Assembly (NCBI GenBank): GCA_000002445.1
Contig: CP000067.1
Coordinates: 1,312,001-1,376,000, forward strand
DNA from: Trypanosoma brucei
Taxonomy: Eukaryota
Length of the DNA stretch: 64,000 bases
Direction of reading: 5' to 3'
In this document: piece after piece, positions 11,210 through 20,659 of the stretch
How the letters are laid out: each line of letters starts with the position of its first letter
Numbering within the stretch: position 1 is the first letter of the stretch
Notes under the pieces: model-generated
What the model saw: the letters and a program-made list of their open reading frames with translations, nothing else
Databases searched by the model: none
What the model was told of the DNA's origin: nothing
Made by a program: the position numbers and the translations under genes

Positions 11210-12688
11210 TTACCAGCCCACAGCCACTCCGTATATAGTGGCTCCAGTGCCAAATACAGACAAGGCAACACCAGCAAATAAAACTGCGTATGTTGCAATG
11301 TAGTGTAGCCACCCAACGGTACTCAGGGACCAGTTACCACCATACATCATGAATAAGGAGGGAAGGATGAATGCAAGAAATCCACCACACACAGAGCCAA
11401 CGAAACCAAGTACTGTATTAATGTTCGGAATAAATAGGCCACAAAGCAGCATAATTATGGAAATGGTTCCAATAATAGTGCAATGCTTAAAAAATGAAAG
11501 CTTCTCCGTATCCAAGCCGATAATGCCGCACAACCCATTTCGGCATGTCATTGCAAGAAGAGCGTAAGATGCGAATAGTTTTACGAGCAGGCCAACAAAT
11601 CCCACCAAAATTGCCGGCTCCTTCACGGGGTCATACATCAATAACACGGAGCCTGCCACATCACGCCCAAAGTCAAGGTAACCGAAGAATGCTGTCATGA
11701 CACACAGGACAAGACATATACCCATGGCAATAGCAGAGTATGCAGTAAACCTGTGCGCACTGGGCTTTGCCATTCCGAAATATATTTCAAAAACAGAGAT
11801 ATGACACAAAAATGCAAACGTAAAGACACCTGGGCCTTCCACTGCCCGGTTGCTGGTGCCGAAGAGGTGAATGCCCTCATCACCTGGCGCTCCAGTAACA
11901 TGTACGTTCTTAATGTTTTCCGGCAGCCCGTTCATACATGAATGCACCACAATAACTACCATAAGGTAAAATACGAAGAAAACAGAAATCGTCGAGACAT
12001 ACCTCAAGGAATTCACCTCTCGTGGAATGGTGAGTGGTAGCATAAAACATAGCCACATGATGAAAGTCAGAAGGCGATTACCCCACTTCTCCTTAAGGAA
12101 GTTTGGCGCATCTGTACCCTTAAGTATTGTGCTAACAATATCGCCTGTCGCTATTATCTGCGCTACGGCTGCCCCAAATGCCTCAACAACACGTAATACC
12201 CCTATAAAGTACAAACAAGGCTGCCCAAGCAGCGCACGCGCCATACCCTCGTAGGATCTGAATCCATGCCGCTCCATTTGTGCACCAAGACAATATAATG
12301 AGTATACGCATAGGAAATATATGATGATAGGGTACACAAATGCCATGACCAGTCCAGTGCTGTTGGCGGCCGCGGGCAACCCGAGGATACCAGCTCCGAT
12401 ACATATGGAGGCAAGGCTGAAGGCGGTCGAAACTAGCCCGCCCGGAGGGATCATTGAAGTGAAACACTTCATGGATGACTGTTCCCCTTCTCCCTCATTA
12501 GCGGGAAGAGCATTCTTGCCCTTAAGCCCTTCATCATCTCCACTTATCACTTCGCAGGAGCCGAAAGGAGATGTGACATCTGCCTTGTTTATCTGTTCCC
12601 TGTCTGTTGTGGGGACCACTGCGGACGCCATCCAACAATAATGATAACAGAGTGTTTGCCTTGCTTGCGCACTTACGTGCATACGCAA
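11210..12688 (-). CDS. Amino acid transporter, AAAP family, type A, copy 2.
   Basis: 492 aa, with only a few substitutions relative to copy 1. Offset from copy 1 is 3989 bp. Confidence 0.85.
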   Translation of the reverse strand: MRMHVSAQARQTLCYHYCWMASAVVPTTDREQINKADVTSPFGSCEVISGDDEGLKGKNALPANEGEGEQSSMKCFTSMIPPGGLVSTAFSLASICIGAGILGLPAAANSTGLVMAFVYPIIIYFLCVYSLYCLGAQMERHGFRSYEGMARALLGQPCLYFIGVLRVVEAFGAAVAQIIATGDIVSTILKGTDAPNFLKEKWGNRLLTFIMWLCFMLPLTIPREVNSLRYVSTISVFFVFYLMVVIVVHSCMNGLPENIKNVHVTGAPGDEGIHLFGTSNRAVEGPGVFTFAFLCHISVFEIYFGMAKPSAHRFTAYSAIAMGICLVLCVMTAFFGYLDFGRDVAGSVLLMYDPVKEPAILVGFVGLLVKLFASYALLAMTCRNGLCGIIGLDTEKLSFFKHCTIIGTISIIMLLCGLFIPNINTVLGFVGSVCGGFLAFILPSLFMMYGGNWSLSTVGWLHYIATYAVLFAGVALSVFGTGATIYGVAVGW

Positions 12689-13308
12689 AAGAAAAAGGGA
12701 GCAAACAGCGTAATGGAGAGTAATTGTTTAGGGGATGATCATCCATGCGGTTGTGAATAACCGAAGATGATGGATATGCAGTGGTTATAGTCAGTTCAGT
12801 GAGGCAAAAAAAAAAGGCGTTGAAACCATCTTTTTACACGGTGAATATTGCCAAATGTACTCCTTATGTGTTAAGCTCGGAACACGTCTATGTGTAAATG
12901 TATATGGAAAAAACGAGGTGAAGGGGACATGTTTACTGATGTAGATACACAAACCTCACGAAACATAAGAGCTGCGCAAAGGGACGGACGAACAAAATAC
13001 GGTTACCGAAGCCGCCGCAGCGACAGCAGGGTACCTAAGATATTAAATCGGGATAATAAGTTATGATAAAAGCAATAACACATAAAGAATACGTAAGCCG
13101 ATACAAAGCAAATCGTTTCACAGTGAACAGGAGGGAATGGATTCGCTCACCCACTTCAGTTAAAACGCTACTCGCTCAGTAGTTGAGTAAACCAAATCAA
13201 AAAAGGAAGGACAAGGTAAACAAAACAGATATTTAACAGTGCCAACAACGTTGTCACGACCTTCTTTTTAAATCATTCACTCGGGCTGACCCTTATCATC
13301 CCTTGCTT

Positions 13309-14697
13309 TTATATGTTAATAGCTCCCCAGATGGAAGCCCCCGTGCCAAACACAATTGCAATGACACCAGTGATGAGTACCGTATACGTCGCGATATAGT
13401 GAAAGGGCCCAACTTTCTGCCATGTAAATCCACCGGCATACAATAACAACAGAGCAGGGAAAATGAATCCAAGAAGTCCACCAGAGATCGAACCAGCGAG
13501 GCCAAGTACTGTATTAATGTTTGGAATAAATAGGCCACAAAGCAGCATAATTACGGAAAGGGTTACGACAGCAACACAGTGCTTCCAGAACATCACCTTC
13601 TCCGCATCCCAACCAATAATGCTGTACAGCGCGTTACGGCATGCCATTCCGAGCAGCGCGTAAGATGCGAATAGTTTTACGAGCAGGCCGATGAATCCCA
13701 CCATAATTGCCGGCTCCTTCACGGGGTCATACATCAATAACACGGAGCCTGTAACATCACGCCCAAAGTCAAGGTAACCGAAGAATGCTGTCAAAACGTA
13801 CATGGTGAAGCAGACAGCCATTGCAATGGTGGATGCCATTACAAACTTACCCACCGACCTGTTTGTCATTCCTACATAGACCTCATACGCCGTAATTTGT
13901 GAGACGTAGGCGAAAATGAACACCCCAAGTCCTTCGATGGCCTTGTTCCCACTGTTAAAAAGCACAATTGCAGCCACATCATTCCTGCCCACGCTGACGT
14001 TCTTGATGTTTTCCGGCAACCCGTTCATACATGAATGCACCACAATAACGATCACAAGGTAGACAATGAAGCTAACAGCAAAGGTCGAGACGTACCTCAA
14101 GGAATTCACCTCTCGTGGAATGGCGAGTGGTAGCATAAAACATAGCCACATGATGAAAGTCAGAAGGCGATTACCCCACTTCTCCTTAAGGAAGTCTGGC
14201 GCATCTGTACCCTTAAGTATTGCGCTGAGGATATCACCCACGGATATTATGTACGCCACACAACCGCTGAAGCCATGAAAGGCACGGGTTGCGGCCACAA
14301 GGTAGGATCCCTTGGCACCAAACAATACTTTTGCCACACCCTCAAAGTCGTGTGTTTTTGTTTTGTCTGCAGCGACACCGAGGGCATATATGGAGAATAT
14401 AGTCATAACAGTAATTATAATGAGGTATACAATAGCCATAACGAGTCCGCTACTGTTGGCAGCGGAGGGTAGACCGACGATACCAGCTCCAACGGTTGAT
14501 GATGCGATGTTGAAAGCACTTGCGGCAATGCCTCCGGGTGGGATGGCGGTGGCCACAAATGTGCTCATCCGTGCAAGGAAGCCGGTTCCCTCCCGCTGCT
14601 CTTGTGACTTGGGGTCTACAGCCGCGTCGCAGCATCCGATTGGTTCGTTCCTGACTTCCATGGCGGTGGGAACCTCTCGGGAGCAGGAGTCAGTCAC
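13309..14697 (-). CDS. Amino acid transporter, AAAP family, type B, copy 2.
   Basis: 462 aa, identical translation to 9321..10709. Offset is 3988 bp. Confidence 0.85.
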   Translation of the reverse strand: MTDSCSREVPTAMEVRNEPIGCCDAAVDPKSQEQREGTGFLARMSTFVATAIPPGGIAASAFNIASSTVGAGIVGLPSAANSSGLVMAIVYLIIITVMTIFSIYALGVAADKTKTHDFEGVAKVLFGAKGSYLVAATRAFHGFSGCVAYIISVGDILSAILKGTDAPDFLKEKWGNRLLTFIMWLCFMLPLAIPREVNSLRYVSTFAVSFIVYLVIVIVVHSCMNGLPENIKNVSVGRNDVAAIVLFNSGNKAIEGLGVFIFAYVSQITAYEVYVGMTNRSVGKFVMASTIAMAVCFTMYVLTAFFGYLDFGRDVTGSVLLMYDPVKEPAIMVGFIGLLVKLFASYALLGMACRNALYSIIGWDAEKVMFWKHCVAVVTLSVIMLLCGLFIPNINTVLGLAGSISGGLLGFIFPALLLLYAGGFTWQKVGPFHYIATYTVLITGVIAIVFGTGASIWGAINI

Positions 14698-15197
14698 AAT
14701 CGAGTCTGCGCCTTCGTTGCTCGTATTCTCTTTGTACTGGTATACGTGTGTGTGTGTTTTGGTGTGCAGTCAAAAAAATGTAGAAGAGAGTATAGGAGAA
14801 GGGAAAAGCACATTTTGTGTTATTTCCATATTGGTTCCGGAATGTGCATCGGCATGGGCATGGGAGCGACGTGCACAGAACGTTTAACACTAATCCAACA
14901 AGATTGAAAACACATGTTATACCGCCTCTCCCCCATTTTTACGGAAAAATATTTCGTCCATGTTATACGTAAGAATAATGTACCCGCTACAGAAGGAATT
15001 GCTGCTGGTTAGCACCGTCCCTTCAAAGGGGGAATTATTACCGTATAATTCACGTTCGAGGAAGGAAATAACATATTTACCAGAGTTTTTAAGTTATTCC
15101 GTATATTATTTGCTTGTGAAGCGCTTTTTTACTCTAAAGTTGTGGCTTGTTACAACATTTTGCTTCGGAAGTACCGTTTGCCAAGCGTGGGGCATTA

Positions 15198-16676
15198 TTA
15201 CCAACCCACAGCCACTCCGTATATAGTGGCTCCAGTGCCAAATACAGACAAGGCAACACCAGCAAATAAAACTGCGTATGTTGCAATGTAGTGTAGCCAC
15301 CCAACGGTACTCAGGGACCAGTTACCACCATACATCATGAATAAGGAGGGAAGGATGAATCCAAGAAATCCACCACACACAGAGCCAACGAAACCAAACA
15401 CTGTATTAATGTTCGGAATAAATAGGCCACAAAGCAGCATAATTACGGAAAGGATTCCAATAATAGTGCAATGCTTAAAAAATGAAAGCTTCTCCGCATC
15501 CCACTCAACGATGCCGCACAACCCATTTCGGCAGGACATTGCAAGAAGAGCGTAAGATGCGAATAGTTTCGTAAGGACGCCAACAAATCCCACCAAAATT
15601 GCCGGCTCCTTCACGGGGTCATACATCAATAACACGGAGCCCGTAACTTTCCCCCCAAAGTCAAGGTAACCGAAGAATGCTGTCATGACACACAGGACAA
15701 GACATATACCCATGGCAATAGCAGAGTATGCAGTAAACCTGTGCGCACTTGGCTTTGCCATTCCGAAATATATTTCGAAGGCGTAACATTGACAAACAAA
15801 TGCAAACGTAAAGACACCTGGGCCTTCCACTGCCCGGTTGCTAGTGCCGAAGAGGTGAATGCCCTCATCACCTGGCGCTCCAGTAACATGTACGTTCTTA
15901 ATGTTTTCCGGCAGCCCGTTCATACATGAATGCACCACAATAACGCCCATAAGGTAAAATATAAAGACAACAGCAAAGGTCGAGACATACCTCAAGGAAT
16001 TCACCTCTCGTGGAATGGTGAGTGGTAGCATAAAACATAGCCACATGATGAAAGTCAGAAGGCGATTACCCCACTTCTCCTTAAGGAAGTTTGGCGCATC
16101 TGTACCCTTAAGTATTGTGCTAACAATATCGCCAACGGAGATTATGTACGCCACACAGGCCCCAAATGCGTTAACCACACGTAATACTCCAGTGAGGTGC
16201 GCACCGTAGGGCCCAAGCAGCGCACGCGCCATACCCTCGTAGGATCTGAATCCATGCCGCTCCATTTGTGCACCAAGACAATATAATGAGTATACGCATA
16301 GGAAATATATGATGATAGGGTACACAAATGTCATGACCAGTCCAGTGCTGTTGGCGGCCGCGGGCAACCCGAGGATACCAGCTCCGATACATATGGAGGC
16401 AAGGCTGAAGGCGGTCGAAACTAGCCCGCCCGGAGGGATCATTGAAGTGAAACACTTCATGGATGACTGTTCCCCTTCTCCCTCATTAGCGGGAAGAGCA
16501 TTCTTGCCCTTAAGCCCTTCATCTTCTCCACCTATCACTTCGCAGGAGCCGAAAGGAGATGTGACATCTGCCTTGTTTATCTGTTCCCTGTCTGTTGTGG
16601 GGACCACTGCGGACGCCATCCAACAACAATGATAACAGAGTGTTTGCCTTGCTTGCGCACTTACGTGCATACGCAA
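15198..16676 (-). CDS. Amino acid transporter, AAAP family, type A, copy 3. A mosaic of A-type and B-type sequence blocks.
   Basis: 492 aa with A-type N- and C-termini. Internal patches match type B, not type A: GACVAYIISVGDI, VSTFAVVFIFYLMG, FGGKVTGS, VEWDAEKLSFF. Confidence 0.8.
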   Translation of the reverse strand: MRMHVSAQARQTLCYHCCWMASAVVPTTDREQINKADVTSPFGSCEVIGGEDEGLKGKNALPANEGEGEQSSMKCFTSMIPPGGLVSTAFSLASICIGAGILGLPAAANSTGLVMTFVYPIIIYFLCVYSLYCLGAQMERHGFRSYEGMARALLGPYGAHLTGVLRVVNAFGACVAYIISVGDIVSTILKGTDAPNFLKEKWGNRLLTFIMWLCFMLPLTIPREVNSLRYVSTFAVVFIFYLMGVIVVHSCMNGLPENIKNVHVTGAPGDEGIHLFGTSNRAVEGPGVFTFAFVCQCYAFEIYFGMAKPSAHRFTAYSAIAMGICLVLCVMTAFFGYLDFGGKVTGSVLLMYDPVKEPAILVGFVGVLTKLFASYALLAMSCRNGLCGIVEWDAEKLSFFKHCTIIGILSVIMLLCGLFIPNINTVFGFVGSVCGGFLGFILPSLFMMYGGNWSLSTVGWLHYIATYAVLFAGVALSVFGTGATIYGVAVGW

Positions 16677-17190
16677 AAGAAAAAGGGAGCAAACAGCGTA
16701 ATGGAGAGTAATTGTTTAGGGGATGATCATCCATGCGGTTGTGAATAACCGAAGATGATGGATATGCAGTGGTGACAGAAAATGAAGAGAAGGCGGGCGG
16801 ACATCCTTCTTAGGTGGTAGGATTGTCTGACTGCTGAATTACGCTAGGATTGTTGCGCACGTTGTGAAGAACACAACAACTGTACTTTATTGTTAATAGG
16901 AAAATTTAATGCTGCCATCTTAGGATAAATACAACACGAACAGCATCTAGTAATGTGCTGGTGGGGCGATAACATCACCGTTAGTGGATGAAGGAGTGGT
17001 TTCTTCTACGTGCTTATATAAAATAGGAAAACCATTACACAAAATTAAATAAGAAGTTTACGATTAGAACACACCCATATTATCCACCTACATCAATAAT
17101 TGACGACGCAGGAAATCCCAACAAACAGGACCGTGAAAGAGTCAATGACAACTAAAGGACATCTGTGACTAAGGCATTTTTAATCAATTG

Positions 17191-18582
17191 TCAATTTCCC
17201 ACCACTACGCCATGTATAGTGGCCCCCGTGCCAAACACAATGGCCAGCACACCACTAAGCAACAACGTATACGTCGCGATATAGTGAAAGGGCCCAACTT
17301 TCTGCCATGTAAATCCACCGGCATACAATAACAACAGAGCAGGGAAAATGAATCCAAGAAGTCCACCAGAGATCGAACCAGCGAGGCCAAGTACTGTATT
17401 AATGTTTGGAATAAATAGGCCACAAAGCAGCATAATTACGGAAAGGGTTACGACAGCAACACAGTGCTTCCAGAAGATCACCTTCTCCGCATCCCAACCA
17501 ATAATGCTGTACAGCGCGTTACGGCATGCCATTCCGAGCAGCGCGTAAGATGCGAATAGTTTTACGAGCAGGCCGATGAATCCCACCATAATTGCCGGCT
17601 CCTTCACGGGGTCATACATCAATAACACGGAGCCTGTAACATCACGCCCAAAGTCAAGGTAACCGAAGAATGCAGTCATGGCATACAGCACGGAGCACGT
17701 TGCCATCGCGATGCTCGTGGCGACGATAAACTTGCGTACAGACCTGTCTTCCATGTCCATGTAAACCTCATACGCCGTAATTTGTGAGACGTAGGCGAAA
17801 ATGAACACCCCAAGTCCTTCGATGGCCTTGTTCCCACTGTTAAAAAGCACAATTGCAGCCACATCATTCCTGCCCACGCTGACGTTCTTGATGTTTTCCG
17901 GCAACCCGTTCATACATGAATGCACCACAATAACGATCACAAGGTAGACAATGAAGCTAACAGCAAAGGTCGAGACGTACCTCAAGGAATTCACCTCTCG
18001 TGGAATGGCGAGTGGTAGCATAAAACATAGCCACATGATGAAAGTCAGAAGGCGATTACCCCACTTCTCCTTAAGGAAGTCTGGCGCATCTGTACCCTTA
18101 AGTATTGCGCTGAGGATATCACCCACGGATATTATGTACGCCACACAGGCGCTGAAGCCATGAAAGGCACGGGTTGCGGCCACAAGGTAGGATCCCTTGG
18201 CACCAAACAATACTTTTGCCACACCCTCAAAGTCGTGTGTTTTTGTTTTGTCTGCAGCGACACCGAGGGCATATATGGAGAATATAGTCATAACAGTAAT
18301 TATAATGAGGTATACAATAGCCATAACGAGTCCGCTACTGTTGGCAGCGGAGGGTAGACCGACGATACCAGCTCCAACGGTTGATGATGCGATGTTGAAA
18401 GCACTTGCGGCAATGCCTCCGGGTGGGATGGCGGTGGCCACAAATGTGCTCATCCGTGCAAGGAAGCCGGTTCCCTCCCGCTGCTCTTGTGACTTGGGGT
18501 CTACAGCCGCGTCGCAGCATCCGATTGGTTCGTTCCTGACTTCCATGGCGGTGGGAACCTCTCGGGAGCAGGAGTCAGTCAC
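17191..18582 (-). CDS. Amino acid transporter, AAAP family, type B, copy 3. Distal copy, divergent in its 3' third.
   Basis: 463 aa. The N-terminal two thirds are identical to the other B copies. The C-terminal segment (YMDMEDRSVRKFIVATSIAMATCSVLYAM ... TLLLSGVLAIVFGTGATIHGVVVGN) is divergent. Confidence 0.8.
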   Translation of the reverse strand: MTDSCSREVPTAMEVRNEPIGCCDAAVDPKSQEQREGTGFLARMSTFVATAIPPGGIAASAFNIASSTVGAGIVGLPSAANSSGLVMAIVYLIIITVMTIFSIYALGVAADKTKTHDFEGVAKVLFGAKGSYLVAATRAFHGFSACVAYIISVGDILSAILKGTDAPDFLKEKWGNRLLTFIMWLCFMLPLAIPREVNSLRYVSTFAVSFIVYLVIVIVVHSCMNGLPENIKNVSVGRNDVAAIVLFNSGNKAIEGLGVFIFAYVSQITAYEVYMDMEDRSVRKFIVATSIAMATCSVLYAMTAFFGYLDFGRDVTGSVLLMYDPVKEPAIMVGFIGLLVKLFASYALLGMACRNALYSIIGWDAEKVIFWKHCVAVVTLSVIMLLCGLFIPNINTVLGLAGSISGGLLGFIFPALLLLYAGGFTWQKVGPFHYIATYTLLLSGVLAIVFGTGATIHGVVVGN

Positions 18583-18978
18583 AATCGAGTCTGCGCCTTC
18601 GTTGCTCGTATTCTCTTTGTACTGGTATACGTGTGTGTGTGTTTTGGTGTGCAGTCAAAAAAATGTAGAAGAGAGTATAGGAGAAGGGAAAAGCACATTT
18701 TGTGTTATTTCCATATAGTACCCCTTTTCTCTTCGCCAAAAACATTTTGCATTATCAATGTTTATATGCTATATGTTTTATTATTATTTTGTTTTATTTT
18801 TTGGTAAAGCCATTTTGCTGGTGTTTTCCATAATTTTTTAGACGGAATTTACTCTCAGTTCAGCGAACTTCCCTTCATATATTTCTTTTCGCACTATGAG
18901 GACACATATTTTGGTTTTCATGGTTTGCGTTGCTTCAATGCGCTGATAGAGTGTTAAAGAGGCTTGACAGTCGTGGAA

Positions 18979-19002
18979 GTGTGTGTGTGTGTGTGTGTGT
19001 GT
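18979..19002. repeat. (GT)12 microsatellite.
   Basis: gtgtgtgtgtgtgtgtgtgtgtgt. Confidence 0.9.
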
Positions 19003-20659
19003 ATTCTTCTGTTGTCAATGCTGTTCCACCCTTTGTATGGTGGTGGACTTCTCGTTGCATCGCTGTTGGTACTAATTTTGCATCTCCCTTTTCATATATA
19101 TATATATATATTTCCTTTTCACTACGGCATTTAACTGGGGAACACTCCGTTAGAACCAGGGAGAAGTGAAACAACCCATAACTTTGAGGAAGAGAAGAGA
19201 AGAGGGGAGAGGAGGGAAACTTATAAACCAGAGTGATTAAGCGAATTGTTTTCGTAATTTTGCCAATCCATCAGCAGTGTGAGAGGAAGAAATTGTATCC
19301 TTTCGCACAACATACAATCTTCGTAGCACAAAGGGAAGACAGAGGACCATATAATAAAGCGTACGAAATGTTAATATCTCCTGCCGCTGTTGGAAACGGC
19401 TATGTATATATATATATATAATTTATATTTTTTACTGTTTCTTTGTGTGCGATCTTCTTCATAAATAAATAGACACTTTTATCACTCGTTCGTTCAACTA
19501 CGTATCGGGGATCCGGTTAAGTAATGGTGAAAAGCAACTCTTTTACACCTTAGATAAAACGCTACCACAAAACATGAAATGAAAGAAAACAAGACGGAAC
19601 GGACCGAACGAAGTCTCTCACTCGTTTTTTTTCCATTCATTCTGCCACAGCAAGTAATAACAAGTAAGGAGACATAAAACAATTAATACGGGGGGGGGTG
19701 GATATAAGTGTAAAAAAAAAAAAAGAATATGTGTATGTAACGCGTGCGAGAACCGTCCACAGCATAAATACATCACCGCTGCGACGTAAACGGGAGGGGA
19801 AACAAGATGGACACACACACACACACATACACAAACGAAAAGAGAAAAAGGGATACAGTTAAACGATATCGAGCCACTTCCTCTTTCACATTTATTCTTC
19901 CACAGCCCCATTCACTTTCACTCAGCCAGTTACTGATTTCACTGATGCTTTTCAGGTTGTTAAAAAGCAGCCGGGGTAACAAAAACATAAAACAAGGAAC
20001 AGATGGAATCAGAGGCCGATAGTGACGAGCGCACAGATGTCACCGATGTAAACAAAAATACAAGAGAAAAAAGAATGAAAACAACAAAAACCAAACGAAA
20101 CAAGGACCAAACGGACGGATATACTCCTTGAGACACCGATAAATGCGTGGGTGTTGATTGTGGGTGAGGTAAGATCGTACGATGAAATTGACGTAACAGT
20201 AATAATAATAATAATAATATCGACCGCTTTCAAACAGACGTAACAACAATAGTAATGCGACGAGAAAGGGAAGTAGTTATGACGATACACATATGTGCGG
20301 TGGTGGGAAATATAGAGGCGGCAGTGGGGAACTGGCGAAAAAACTTCGTCATATTGCTTGTGTTTGCCCCAACTTCTGTCACTTTCGCGCAACTAACGAC
20401 TAAAAGAAGTCACATGCCCACCTCATTCCTCTCTTTAGTCAGTCCCCTGTCGCCTCATTTTCCCTTCCTCCCTTTTCTTCGTTTTTCTTTTTTTTTTTTT
20501 AAAAAGTTTCCTCCGTTTAGGATCCTTAATAACATTTTGCTAGATCTTCGAGATGCCTAGTGTGCAGCCACCTTCAACCCTCAACCCCTCTAGAATGTCC
20601 TCTGTTCTTCCTTTTTTTCTTAAAAAAAAAACGAGCACCAGGCGCTGTTGCGATTATAT

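Larger units (their letters stand above)
7195..18720 (-). repeat. Tandem array of three roughly 3.99-kb units, each containing one type-A and one type-B amino acid transporter gene plus shared intergenic sequence.
   Basis: Gene-start periodicities are 3989 and 3988 bp. Intergenic segments such as 8700..9320, 12689..13308 and 16677..16775 are near-identical. The array junctions diverge at about 7195, 16775 and 18715. Confidence 0.85.
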
